Source: Octopus vulgaris (lineage: Eukaryota). From it: a stretch of DNA of 64,000 nucleotides. The position numbers were made by a program, and so were the translations under genes. Below, piece by piece: positions 35,766 through 49,494 of this stretch; positions within the stretch are counted from its first letter, which is position 1, and every line of letters begins with the position of its first letter. Under the pieces are notes generated by a model. The model did no database searches. It was not told where the DNA came from and saw only the letters and a program-made list of their open reading frames with translations. Location of the stretch: the NCBI GenBank assembly GCA_951406725.2, contig OX597827.1, positions 33,170,001 to 33,234,000 on the forward strand. Direction: 5' to 3'.

Positions 35766-36098
35766 TGGGGATGGTCATTATTATTTTTTTTTTCTTTGCC
35801 AATTAACCACATATGCTCTATACTTGTTCTTCACTTTAGCTTTCTTTACAATAATTCTTATTCTAATGTTCTTTGTCTGAAATCTTTCATCACACAGCCT
35901 GTGACCTCTCCAGCCCATGTATCTCCTCAGAATAGGAGAATCACTGAAGAAGTCACAGGATGTGTGATGAAAGATTTCAGACAAAGGACATTAAAATAAG
36001 AATAATTATAAAGAAAAACGGAAGTGAAGACCAAGTATACAGTATGTGGGTTTAATTGGCAAAAAAAAAAAATCGACCATCCTGAAATGTAACAATAT
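35760..36098. repeat. ~155-bp inverted repeat whose arms begin in a truncated hammerhead-like motif
   Basis: 35760-35913 is the reverse complement of 35943-36098; CUGAAGA A GUCACA..UGUGAU GAAA GAUUUC at 35944-35978. Confidence 0.8.
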
Positions 36099-36992
36099 CT
36101 GTTTCAACACACGGTTTCATATCAAGAATCTTGCAAAGCAAAATGCATAAGCATAATATTTTATTGTTTTTCTGGATTAAAGAGGTAACATAATGAAGTG
36201 AATAGTGTAATTTTTAACCCTTTAGCATTTAGGCCTGTCATATCGGGCTCAAATATCCGACAGGTCCAGTCTCTTATACCTGCCCCACAATGTCATTCTA
36301 AAAATATATAATTACATCAAGCACCATCCAATTGTGGTCGATGCCAGCTCCTCTGGCCCCTGTGCTGGTGGCACGTAAAAAGCACCCACTATACTCTCGG
36401 AGTGGTTGGCGTTAGGAAGGGCATCCAGCTGTAGAAACACTGCCAGATCAGACTGGGGCCTGGTGCAGCCTCCTGGCTTCCCAGACCCCAGTCGAACCAT
36501 CCAACCCATGCCAGCATGGAAAACAGATGTTAAATGATGATGATGATGATGATCATCATCATCATCATCGTTTAATACAACTTGTCAAAAGTGTGTGTAA
36601 AGCATATGCAGTAATGTACAAAATGTCTGGAAAGTGAACATCATCATAGAAACCTGGAAATAATGGGATAATGTCAGATTAATTCAAAACAATGTGAATA
36701 AATACGTATTACATTTGGGTATATTTTCATACACACACACACATGAACAGAGACAAATATAGAGTTTTAAGGTTCTTAGTTTTATTGCACAGACTGAACT
36801 CACTGTTTCCTTACCAATTGGAAGAATCTGCCATTTATCTTTTACTTGTTTTTGTCATTAAACTGTGGCCATGCTGACACACTGCCATGAAGGATCTTAA
36901 TGAGACAAATTGATCCTGGTACCTTTTGTTTCTTTTTAAGCTATTCTATCAGTCTCTTTTGCTAAAACTCTAAGTTATGGGGACGTATACAT

Positions 36993-36998
36993 ACCACC

Positions 36999-37042
<44 letters not shown>

Positions 37043-37072
37043 CACCACCACCACCACCACCACCATCACCAC
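36993..37072. repeat. (CAC)/(TAC) trinucleotide microsatellite
   Basis: Direct reading. Confidence 0.9.
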
Positions 37073-38046
37073 TTCAAGAGTACAATCATGCAAATTAAGT
37101 TATCCATTAAGGTGCTGGCCTAATTTATGACTGTACTGATGAATCTCTATATTGCATCATGTTGGATGTTTAATTGCGTCAATATCGTTATGCCTCCTTC
37201 CTTCAAATGTGAAGGAAGAGCTATTTACATCATACTTGTGGCTATTGCGAAAGAATGTATCTGGTAGAAGCGTCTGAAAGGATTGGAGACAAACACTTTC
37301 CTCTCTGGTCAATCTCTCATCAACATCTTCGAGTATCACTTGAAAAGGAAAGTGAGAGTAGAGAGGCAAGTTTTGTCTAGCGAATGTTTCAAAAAAAGAT
37401 GGGTGAATGTAGCAAGGATGGCACATATGAATGACGAAGCCACCTTGAGCATAATCCTATGAACCCGAAAAAATTTAAAACAGAGAGTTACTTACTTGCA
37501 ATTAAATGTATTAACATGTGACATTATTGTCTGAGGTTACCGTGGTCTTTTCCATAGGCTTTTCTTTCCACGGATAAACCTTATCTGTTTCCCCCTTCAC
37601 ACTTTACATCATGATATTTCTGTGATACACAATCTCTATTGATCTTATTTTTTTTACGATCCATTTTGATAGAAAACCTACCCACTTCTTTTTTTTTCTC
37701 CCCAAAAAGAAAAGCTCTATTTTGTAATTTGTCCCCTCTGTGTTCATCCTTGTCTGGCTAATAAAGAAACATAATTGGGGAGCAGAGAGGTTTTGGAATG
37801 GTTGAACATGCAACTGGAAGATATATATACTTCTTAAGATTCAAAATAGAAAAAGAACTGAGGTCATTCTACTCCCAATAACTGAAAAATCTGTTTAGGC
37901 CCATTTTCATAAGTTATATATGAAAACCACATTGGAATTTACAAGCAGTGCTGTCTTAAGGCATAGGCACACAGGGCAGTTGTTACTCAGGGTTCACATG
38001 GGTCTAAGGGTCCAATTCTGATCTATGTATGCTGTGGCTGCTGTCA

Positions 38047-38096
<50 letters not shown>

Positions 38097-38841
38097 TGCA
38101 GATGTGTTACCAGTGCCGGTGGCATGTAAGAGAACCTTCCATTTCGTGACCGTTGCCAGCACCGCCCTGTTTCGTGTCCGTTGCCAGCCTCGCCTGGCCC
38201 TTGTGCCGGTGGCACATAAAAAGCACCATCCGTTCGTGGCCGTTTGCCAGCTCTGTCTGGCACCTGTGCGGGTGGCACGTAAAAAGCACCCACTACACTC
38301 ACGGAGTGGTTGGCGTTAGGAAGGGCATCCAGCCGTAGAAACACTGCCAGATTTGACTGGGCCTGATGAAGCCTTCTGGCTTCACAGACCCCAGTAGAAC
38401 CGTCCAACCCATGCTAGCATGGAAAACGGACGCTAAACGATGATGATGATGATGATGATATATATACGACGGGCTTCTTTCAATTTCCATCTATCAAATC
38501 CATTCATAAGGCTTTGGTCAGCTTGAGGCTATAGTAGAAAACACTTGCCCAGGGTGCCACGCAGTGAGACTGAACCCGGAGCCATGTGGTTGGTAAGCAA
38601 GCTTCTTACCACACAGCCACCCTTGTGGTGTGTATTTGTGTGTCTGTGTTTGCTCCTCACCATCACTTGACGATTGCTGTTGGTGTGTTTATGTCCCCCA
38701 TAACTTAGCAGTTCAGCAAAAGACACTGATACAATAAGTACAACGGTTACAGAGAATAAATCCTGGGGTCAATTTGTTTGACTAAAGATGGTGCTCCAGC
38801 ATGGCTGCTTTCAAATGATTGAAACAAGTGAATGAAAGAAA

Positions 38842-38844
<3 letters not shown>

Positions 38845-38903
<59 letters not shown>
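38845..38903. repeat. (ATT)n microsatellite
   Basis: Direct reading. Confidence 0.9.
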
Positions 38904-40819
38904 GAGGTAATGAGCTGAATCCTTAGCATATCGGACAAAATGCTTATTACTATAATGGCCAAGTTAACATGTGAATATAAAAATAAACAGTCCCAGACCA
39001 AATTTACCAAGAAGAGTAAACCTCAATGATAAAAAAGTCCCAGCTTTGAATTGCGGGAGGTTGGTATGCCGGTGGATGTGAGCTTCAGCAAAATGATTCA
39101 CACAATTTCTGCCTCACTGAAGGAGAGATCCTGTCTTTTCTAATGAGGAAATGCAATCTACAGGAGGAGTATACGACCCCTGTCAGTATTAAGCTATTGA
39201 AAGGTCAAAATGACAATCCTTAGCGGTATGGAATCTGGCTGAGTTCAAATGTCACAGAGGTCAACTTTGCCTTTTAACTTTTCTGAGTAAATAAAGTAAC
39301 TATCATTTAAGTAGTGGGGTTGATGTAAGCAACTTCCACCTTCCCCTTCAATATCGTTCATCTTGTGTCAAAATTAAATAGAATTATTATTATCACTGCT
39401 TTTGCACAGCTTCTAATGCTGGAGATGCTCAACGGTGTAAGCTGTTCACTACCAGTGAACTAAGGTAACACCTCTTATTTTTCAAGCACCTTCCGGAGTA
39501 TTTGAGCGGTTCCAAGCAGTGCTGTTTTCTGCAAGTGCTCCACCCTTATTGCAGCCCCTATTTGTTCCATGTGCTTCTCAAGATTTTTACTCACTGTTCC
39601 CAGGGCTCCGACAATTATTGATACTACTACCACCTTTTTCATCGACCACAACTGCTTAACCTAACCTGTCATATCTATTGACTTTTCTTTCTTCCTTATC
39701 GCATACCTTGTTGTCAGCTGGGCATGCTATATCTATGATCCAGCATAGTTTGCTTATTATTATTATTATTATTATTATGGCGAGCTGGCAGAATCGTTAA
39801 CACACTGGATGAAATACTTAGCTGTATTTCACCCGTTGCTACGATCTGGGTTCAAATTCTGCTGGGGTCAATTTTACCTTTCATCTTTTCAGGGTCGGTA
39901 AAATAAGTACCCGTTGAGTATTGGGATCGATGTAATTGACCATCCCCCTCCCCCAAATTTCAGGCCTTGTGCCTATAATAGATAGGATTATTAGAATGAA
40001 TTTATAAGGCAGTGAGCTGGCAGAATCATTAGCACGTCGACTTTGCCTTTCATCCTTTCGGGGTCAATAAATTAAGTACCAGTTGCATGCTGGGGTCGAT
40101 TTAATTGACTGGACCTCTCCCACCAAATTTCATGCCTTGTGTCTAGAGTAGAAAAGGATCGTTAGCATGCTGGACAAACTGCTTAGCATCATTTCGCCCA
40201 TCTTTATGTTCTGAGTTCAAATTCTACTGAGGTTGACTTTGCCAGTCATCCTTTTGGGGATCAATAAAATAGGTAATATTTAAGCACCGGGGGTGAGTGG
40301 GGATGTAATAGACTTAGCACCCCTCCTCTGTCCCCGAAATTGCTAGCCTCGTGTCAAAATTTGAAACCGTTATTAGAATCAATGTGAAGTTGGCAGAATG
40401 GTTAAGCAAAGCTTGACAAAGTTATTAGCAGCATTTTGTCCGTTTTGACGGTCAGAGTTCAAATTTCCCCATGGTCGACTTTGTCTTTCATCCTTTTGAG
40501 ATCGATAAAATAAGTACCAGTCGATCACTGGGAATCGGTGTATCGACCGACCTGTGCTTATTATAGAAAGGATTATTAAAGTTAATATGGCAAAAAAAAA
40601 TAATAAAACTAAAACTATAAAATCATGTGGGACTCACCATGCAATGCTTTATGGCTACATGTGAAGAAAACAACATAGAAAAGAAGATATGTTTTTGTCA
40701 TATTTTTAAAAGATAATTAGTTCATTAGATAAATTAAATGAAAGAATATTGTTCTAATTTATTGAGACCATATAAAATGGCACTAAGCCCAACTCACAGT
40801 TGTCCCCCTTTATAAGATA

Positions 40820-42010
40820 ATAATAATAATGAAATTATTGTATACAGTGCTCAGGTGCACCACAACTTGTCAGAAAGTGCGTATAAAGTATATGCAGTAA
40901 TGTACAAATGTCTGGAAAGCAAACAATGTATGAGTCAGATACATGCTTGCGTGTGTATGGAGGGGAGAAAATCAGGTGTAGTGTTGGTGAATCTCAGAAA
41001 GCATGGAAGTTTTGAAGGATGCAGTGCTCCGACAACTAACAACTGATGCCGGCAGTTTGTTCCATGTTTCAGCAACTCTCAGTGTGAAAAAATGTTTCCG
41101 AAAGTCATGGGAGCTGTGATGTTTTCTGACTTTGTAAATATGTCCACGGGTGTTAGACGGGTGGAGTTTGAAAAGGTGCTCAGAGTTATTGTTTGTAAGA
41201 TGGTTAATAATCTTATGGGTGTCTGTTAAGTCAGGTGCCAGACGTTGGAGTACAATGTGTCCATGCCCAGGGAAGTAAGGCGTTCAGGATATGGTAAATG
41301 CCTGATGGAGGGTATTCTTTTGGTTGCACATCGCTGAACGGCTTCCAGACGATTAATATCCTGGGCAAGATAGGGGTTCCAGACCGGTGATGCAAATTCC
41401 AGGTGAGGTCTTACCATAGCTATATAAAGCCGCAGTTAGATAGCTGGAGAGCGGCTCACAAAGGACTTGGTGAGTGATGCCAAGACACCTTCAGCCTTCT
41501 TGGCAATTTTAGCGATGTGTTTTGTCCAACGCAAATCACTGTCGACAATAACACCCAGGTCACATCACACAAAGACTTTTTGAGATTAGTGTTGTGGAGG
41601 GAGTAAGTGGACGCTGGGTTTCTCCTCCCAAAATGCATGGTGGTACATTTGTCCACAGCCAGCTTGAGTTGCAAGTCCATGATCCACTGCTGCATTGTAT
41701 CCAGGTCTGCTTGCAATAGAGATCTATAGTGTACAGGATCTGACCTCTTTATTTCGAGGTACAGATTGATGTCATGTGCATATTTCAGCACTGTGGCATT
41801 CTTTAAGTTGGCATCTATGTCATTAACATATGCAACAAATAAAAGGAGGCCAAGAACAGATCCCTGTGGTAGACCAGATGTCATCTCATAGGGTGAAGAG
41901 TGCTGTCCTAGAACTGTGACACCCTCTTTTCGGCCGAAAATAAAGGACTTCAATCAGTTATGGAGTTCGTCCCTTACGCCCAACGCAGAGAGTTTCACCA
42001 TAAGTCTTAT
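40820..42010 (-). mobile_element. CR1-clade LINE 3' portion with degenerate RT
   Basis: SGLPQGSVLGLLLFVAYVNDI...LKYAHDINLY; VRPHLEFASPVWNPY...LEAVQRCATKRI; (ATT)n tail. Confidence 0.92.
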
Positions 42011-42989
42011 AATTTATTTAATCACCTTGATTGTGATTCAGCAAATATTTAATTCTTTATTGCCCACAAGGGGCTAAACATAGAGGGGACAGACAAAGGG
42101 ATTAAGTCGATTACATCGACCCCAGTGCGTAACAAGTACTTATTTAATCGACCCCGAAAGGATGAAAGGCAAAGTCGACCTCAACGGAATTTGAACTCAG
42201 AACGTAACGGCAGACGAAATACCTATTTCTTTACTACACACAAGGGGCTAAACACAGAGAGGACAAACAAGGACAGACAAACAGATTAAGTAGATTATAT
42301 CGACCCCAGTGCGTAACTGGTACTTATCTAATCGACCCCTAAAGGGTGAAAGGCAAAGTTGACCTCGGCGGAATTTGAACTCAGAACGTAACGGCAGACG
42401 AAATACGGCTACGCATTTCGCCCGGCGTGCTAACATTTCTGCCAGCTTGTCAGCAAATATTAGAGTCATTGCTCATCTCTTCTCTTGAAATCAGAGAGTG
42501 GGGTTAATGTGAATAGTGCAGAGGTAATTTGGAACCGGGAGATAAGTAGAAATGTGGTGGTGGCAGTGGTGGAGAGTAACTTGAAGTCCTTACATTGGAC
42601 AAATGTAAACAAATCAGAAAACGAACCATTACAAAAAGACTTTGTCGATTCCAGTGCCAAACTAAAGTTTTTGGGGTGCCCCCCCCCCCCCCACCACCAC
42701 CACAAGCCCCAACTATATCATCCAGCCCAATGTTTCTCAACCGTTTTTTTTTTACTTATGGCCCCCTTTGATCGCTATTTTACGTGGATTGACCCCCGTA
42801 GCCATTCGATGTTTTAAAAAAGCACATTATATTTTTATAATTAAATAGAATTCGGAATTGTATAAAAATGGTTATTAAATATTTTGTGCATTATAAAAGT
42901 ATAACCAATTTATTGCAAATAAATTTTAACAACAAAATCTTATTTGCTACGAAAGCCACTAATCCACCCTTACAGACGCATGCTTAGGA

Positions 42990-43550
42990 TTAAGTCCGTT
43001 TATTCTGGAGGCGAGAGTCACACTTCAATGATTTCCAGCATAGAAAGTTTAGTTGCAAGAATAATATGGAGAAAGTTCGGAGAACTTTTACCTTTGTTGG
43101 TAACAAAAGACCCTTTTATCAGATTGAAAAGCAGATTGTACAACAGTAATGCTACATGGTTGAGTAACTTTGAATGTGAATGCAGAAGATAAGCGAAGAA
43201 TAGAAAGAAATGGAAGTAGCATGCACCGATAGATGTGCAATGTCAGTGTGCATGTACAACACAATACAAATGTACTGAGATAAAAATTGGGCAAAAGAAG
43301 CATTAGATGTGGTGTGCAGGAGAGAAGATTGTTTTAGTATCGTCATGTGGTGTGGATGGATGCAGACAGCTGTATAAAGAAGTGTCGATCGCTGTGGAAG
43401 GAATCTGTGGAAAAGGAAAGCCTAGGAATATGTGGGATGAAGAAGTGAAAACTGACCTCAAGATGTTGAACCTCTTAGAGGTGAGGGAAGACCAAGATGA
43501 ATGGCAATATGTTGTGCTTGAGAAGACCTGTCCATTTCAGCAGAAATGAG
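42990..43550 (+). mobile_element. Old RTE-like LINE 3' fragment
   Basis: ARIIWRKFGELLPLLVTK...LKSRLY; GKGKPRNMWDEEVKTDL...DQDEWQ. Confidence 0.7.
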
Positions 43551-44412
43551 GTTCTATCAAGCCTTCTACTGCAACTTATATTCTAACACCCATTTTCAGT
43601 CAATCTGTGATACTCTATTTCCTTATCTTATTCCCTTTTCGCTGAACTGAATCCTCTGCATCAACCTCATTCCCTATCTCTTATCATCTGTCACACTATT
43701 TTCACTTAGTGCACTTGCCTGTACATCTACCTTTCCCGTTCCTCTATCCTATTCTGTATTTCATACTCACCTTGTACCTTGATTTTACCTCTCTCTCTCT
43801 CTCTCTTTCTCAGTCCTCCTCTTTTTCTCTCTATCTTTGTTCCTTAATCACTCGATTCTATCGCCACTCAGTCGAGGAGTCTTGCGGATACTTGGTACTT
43901 CATCAGTGTTGGTACCTTGAAAAAAAAGCACCAGGTACAATCTGTGAAAGTAGTTGGCGTTAAGAAGGGCATCCAGCTGTAGAAACGATGCCAAAGCAGA
44001 CATTAAAACTTGATAAACCCTCGTGTCAAAAGGGACATTAAATGATGACGATGGATGGATAGACGATGGTGGTGGTGAAGAGGATGGTGGTGGTGGTGGT
44101 AGTGGCAGTGATGATGATGATGGTGGTGGTGAAATGATGATGGTGATGATGAAGCGAAAGCCCCGATCATCCGGCATACCTACATGAACGTGCCCCTCCG
44201 ACTGTGTTTCCTCATAACTTTCAGAAAAACTGGTATCTTCTCATGAAATTTTCTACAAATACCATAGAAATAGTATAGATTCTGATTATATTGGAATTTA
44301 AAGTGTGTAGAAAATAAATTGGTTGTCGCGTACACATACACACTAACAGATATCACATACATATCTACAAAGTATAACTTGAAATTTTGAGAAAATTGTG
44401 TGATGTTTGTCA

Positions 44413-44451
<39 letters not shown>

Positions 44452-45547
44452 TGAGTGAGTATGTGTGTGTGTGTGTGTGCGCGCGAGCGCGCCACCATTT
44501 TTTTTTTTGCATTTAATTTCGATATAATCTGACTCTACACCTGATAGTACTTAATCCTTAAATTATTACATTCGGTAATAGGACGGTGGCCATGCTGGGG
44601 CACATCCTTGAAAGATTCTAGTCGAACAAATCGATCGCAGGACTAATTTTTAAAGCCTGGTACTTAGTCTGTCAGTCTCTTTTGCCGAACCGTCAAGTTA
44701 TTGGGTCGTAAACAAACGAATGTCGACTGTCCAATGGTGGTGAGGGGCAAACACAACACAAACACGCATAAATATGTACACACGTACGTACGATGTACGC
44801 ACACACACACAAAACGGGCTTCTTTCAGTTTCCATTTACCAGATCCACTCACAAGGCTTTGGTGTCCTGGGGCTATAGTAAAAGACAGAAATAAAAGACA
44901 CTCGTCCAAAGTGCCACATAGTGGGACTGAACCCGAAGCCATGTGGTTGGGAAGCAAGTTTCTTACTCACACAGCCACGTTTACGCCTATATTTTTACTT
45001 TCTTTTTTTTTTTAGAAAATTTCATTGAGAAATATCCATTTTTTTTTCCAGAAAGTCCTGAGGAAACAAAGATGAGTCACTCTTGTGTAAGTCTGCTGAT
45101 CATTCAAAGACGTGGGGTGTAGTCGATTTAATCGACTACACCCTACTAATATCTATTCATTTTACCCCGGGGGTAGGGACAAAGACAAACTTGGCCTCGA
45201 TGGAACTCCAGGAATAAAGGGACATAACTAAATACTGCCTGGCGTTTTATCCGGCGTTGATTGGCAGTCGGTCATTTTAGATTCTGATTAATCGAAAAAA
45301 TAATCAATATATTTGCTGGACGGAAGAAAAAAAAGCAGGAAAAAAACAAAACAAAAAAGACAACTAGAAACAAAAACGATATTTACCAAAGCGATCGAAA
45401 TCCTCGATGGAGTTCGTTTTCTAAAACGTGTCTTAAAATTTAAAAGAGAATAAAAATAGAAAACAGGATAAACGGCCGAAATCGCCGTCTTTTGATCGTT
45501 TTTTGCAACTGACCTGTGGAACGCGAGAGTGATATATTGATTGGTAC

Positions 45548-45625
45548 GTATGTATGTATGTATGTATGTATGTATGTATGTATGTGTGTATGTATGTATG
45601 TATGTATGCACACACATATACATAT
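45548..45625. repeat. (TATG)n microsatellite
   Basis: Direct reading. Confidence 0.9.
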
Positions 45626-47764
45626 GTCGAAAAGGAGAGAAATGAGAGATGAAATAAAGTTATAGCCACACACACACAGAAAACTGATAAGACTTAACTG
45701 CATTATTTGTCGATTCTAGAAATGATCATTTGCGCTACAGTTTCAAATCCAGCCGAAGTCGACTATCTTCCATCCTTCTAGAGAGAAAAATCAAATATCA
45801 GTCAAACACTGGGGCCCGATATCATCGATTCTTACATTACATCCATCAATCTGCCTCCGTTACAAAGCAGATGTAATTCGAAAACCGGACACTGTACTCA
45901 ATGACTTTGAATCTGTCTATCTGTCTGTCTGTCTGTCTCACCTTTGTTACGGAAGCAGTAATCACAGACGCTCTGTAATATAAACGGTAATACGATCGCC
46001 TGGTAAACAATAGATGCACTGTTCAAATCCCATCAGTGGGTCTGTTGGATGTTTCCATTTATTCGTTTATTTTATTTCCATTATTTTTAGGCAGTTCAAC
46101 ACAGTATCGTCCTGCACCGGCCTCGATCCTTTTTTTTTTTTTTTTTTTTTGCCAATACATATAGTTAATAAAGAATTCATCATCATTATTGTTAGACAGG
46201 CTTTAGTGTCTGGTGAAAGATGTTCTGTAATGGACGAGACAGAAAGGGCTGAAGACACACCTTTCCTCTTTGGTCAAGCTATCATCAACTTTTTCAAGCT
46301 TTGACTTGAAAAGAAAAGTGAGGCTGGAGAAGGAAGTGCTGTCACATTCTGTGTCACGCTGAATAGCGTGTCTGTGGTGTACTCAGCCACTTGCACGTTA
46401 ATTTCACGAGCAAGCTGTTCCGCTGATCGGATCAACTGTGACACTCACCGTCGTAACCGACGGAGTGCCAATATACACACTGGTATTTAAATCTAAGGCT
46501 GTTTCGAGTGCGTACATTAATTTGATTGCAACTTGGCTACAATTTGCACAATTTGTTTTGTTTTCTGACTTCTGCGCGAGAACAAGAATTTTCTACAATG
46601 TTCAGAATGTCCGAGACGTTCGTCACTGGTGTTGCACGTTTGTATATACAGCATAAATGTTATACACACTGATATTCTACCCAAGTGAATTTTAGGTTAA
46701 AAATCCTGAGAACATTACTGATAACGGAAGGCATATAAAGATGAAGACAGTAGTTCTAACGTTCTATCATTGTACAGTATCGGGGTGGCGAGCTGGCAGA
46801 ATCATTAGCGCGCCGGACGAAATGCGAAGCGGTGTTTTACCGTCGCTACAATCTGAGTAATCTAAATCACAGTAATTTTTTCTACAATAGACACAAGGCC
46901 TGAAATTTTGAGGGAGAAAACTAGTCAATTACATCAACGATGTTCAACTGGTACTAATTTTATCGACCTGAAAAGGATACAAGGCAAAATCGACCTCAGC
47001 GGCATTTGGATTCAGAACATAAAGACAGGCGAAATGCAGCTAAGCATTTTCCCCTGGCGTTCCAACGATTCTACCAGCTCGCTGCTCCAACACTACAATA
47101 ATCATTTCTACCCTGGACACAAGGCCTGAAATTTGGGGGTGGGGAACTAGTCGATTACATCGACCCCAGTGTTGCACTGGTACTTAATTTATCGACTCCG
47201 AAAGGATGAAAGGCAAAGTCGACCACGGCGGGATTTGAACTCAGATTGTAGCGACGGGTAAAACACCGCTTCGCATTTCGTCCGGCGCGCTAATGATTCT
47301 GCCAGCTCGCCACCCCGATACTGTACAATGATAAGATTCAAAAATGATTGGTATATACACCAGTGTATTAAGCCTGTCGCTCGCACTGCATACGTTTCTT
47401 GCATCTTTCGTTGGCGTTCATTTTAAGACTGCAATTTATAGTGACGCTATCATCATCATCATCATCATCATTTTAAGTCTGTTCATCCAATTTCTCTATT
47501 AGCCACATGGGCTCAAACATAGAGGGGGACAATACAGCCTGATTGGGGTCAGACACACAATGATTATATGACTTTTAAAATTTTACAAAATATATTGAAA
47601 TCGAATGAGATACAACAAGGACGAAATACAGACATGAGATGAAGCAGAGAGATGGCTTACGCTCCGACCCCACGAGCCCCATTCTCCTACTGAAACTTTT
47701 GTATGCAGACTTATGACATGTTCACGAGGAATCTTTCATTCCCAGCACCCTCGCAACATGCAAC

Positions 47765-48800
47765 TGTTGTTGTTATATATATATAGTATTGAGTATTAAA
47801 GGAAGTAGTGAGTACTTAGTATGAAAGATTAAGAAAATGAGAGAGACTGAAACAACGTGTTAACGATACAAGATACTTTATTCGACTGCCGTTGTTGTAC
47901 AAGTTAATTGTTTTGGCGGGAAACAAACTGAAAGTCCTTTTATCAAGGGAGACAATGGGCGACGTTGATTGTTCATGTTTGTTGTGATGATTATATAACA
48001 TCTTCCTTTTTTTTTTTTTTTATTTATTTATTTTTTTTTTTCTCTTAATCTCATGTCTCTGATTCCACATATCAGAATATCTTTGGTGAGACTGTCTGTG
48101 AGGTTGCCGAATTCGCACTGTTGTGCCTTTTGGCGCAACTCTACTACGTACTCATCGAATTTTTGATGTTCCGCTTGTCCACATGTGAAGAATTTGTGTC
48201 TTAGGAAAGTTATGTTTTTCCTGGGTTCACAATATGCATCGAATTTTTCGATTACTGTCTGAAGGTTCATTTCTTCGTCGGGTGAATCGAAATCCAGTGT
48301 GGAATGGATATCTCGGCCTTTAGAACCGATGCAAGTTAAAAACATTGAAGTTTTTACTTTGTCTGGCTTCATGTCACTTTCTGTTGCTATCAAAAAGAGA
48401 TTGAATTCTTTTTTCCACTTTTTCCATGCTGCGGCTAGATTTTCCTGATTAAAGTCTAGGTCTTTTGGATGCGGTAAATTTTCCATTTCGTCTTTGAAGT
48501 ATGATTTCAACTTCTTTTTTCCTTTGGTTTCTGTATTTTGGGTTCTTTTAGTATTCTGACACCATGTTGTTGTTATATATATATAGTATTGAGTATTAAA
48601 GGAAGTAGTGAGTACTTAGTATGAAAGATTAAGAAAATGAGAGAGACTGAAACAACGTGTTAACGATACAAGATACTTTATTCGACTGCCGTTGTTGTAC
48701 AAGTTAATTGTTTTGGCGGGAAACAAACTGAAAGTCCTTTTATCAAGGGAGACAATGGGCGACGTTGATTGTTCATGTTTGTTGTGATGATTATATAACA
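47765..48800 (-). mobile_element. Young 1036-bp non-autonomous Gypsy element: two identical 236-bp LTRs, PBS, truncated gag, PPT
   Basis: LTRs 47765-48000 and 48565-48800 (TG...CA, identical by eye). TSD GCAAC at 47760-47764 and 48801-48805. PBS-like tggtgtcagaa (minus, 48564-48554). Purine tract (A)n-ggaaga adjoins 48001. Confidence 0.95.
48028..48510 (-). CDS. Gypsy (Mag-like) Gag N-terminal/capsid region, truncated, uninterrupted ORF
   Basis: NLAAAWKKWKKEFNLFLIATE...FLTCIG...FDAYCEPRKNITFLRHKFFTCGQAEHQKFDEYVVELRQKAQQCEFG...KDILICGIRD; no Zn knuckle or pol. Confidence 0.8.
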   Translation of the reverse strand: MKSYFKDEMENLPHPKDLDFNQENLAAAWKKWKKEFNLFLIATESDMKPDKVKTSMFLTCIGSKGRDIHSTLDFDSPDEEMNLQTVIEKFDAYCEPRKNITFLRHKFFTCGQAEHQKFDEYVVELRQKAQQCEFGNLTDSLTKDILICGIRDMRLREKKK

Positions 48801-49494
48801 GCAACCATCTTTCTTTGAACATTTTCTTTGACAGGCATCTTCTTTCCAGCCTCACCTTCCTTTTAAGTCTGTTCATCCATTCTTTCATGGATAGGATGAA
48901 TCTTTTACAGTACAGTATCTCTCCATTTATTGTGGTCTTTTCTCATTTCCTTCGAGAGGTTAACTTTTGAGGTCAGCTTTCGCCACTTCTTCCTTGTTCT
49001 CATGTCTTTCTCGGTGTTTCCTTTCAGTAGTTTCCTTCCATTCGGATCGCTTGTACCTTTTCATCCAAACTCTTCATTTTCATAAGCTTTTCATGTCTGT
49101 ACATGCACAATCCTCTCTATGGCTATCAACGGCTTTTCCTCTTACGACAACTTTACCTCAGCTTATCTGTGTTCCGTCTTTCATGCACGCAAATATCACA
49201 CCTCCAGCGAAATACACTCGATTTAGTTTCTTTCCAGTTTTCATATACCGTCTGCTTTCGACGTCCTTGTTTCGTTACCTCACAGAATCAACTTTTTATA
49301 CAAACGTCATACAATCTTCTCTTCACTCAGAGAGAGAACCCTTTTATTGCTAACAGAGGTAACATTTTTTTTACAAACGCTTTTTTTTCGCCTCGTCGTT
49401 CTGTGGCTACCGTGTTTTTGCAACGCTCCCTTCTGTTACTGATTGTCTTTTAGATGACAGAAGTTATCAACTACTTTTTGGGAATCTTTTGAGT

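Noticed and set aside
37157-37426. 89-aa minus ORF in unique sequence
   Set aside because: No motif, paralogy or convincing splice pair; it could be UTR.
38105-38290. Regularly spaced gtgcc.gtggca repeats resembling a CRISPR array
   Set aside because: Eukaryotic context, degenerate units with related spacers, and the same subrepeats occur inside every copy of this SINE family.
38361-38385. ctgatgaagcc..ggcttc hammerhead-like start
   Set aside because: No GAAA or stem I; it is a mutated position of the SINE (ctggtgcagcc in other copies).
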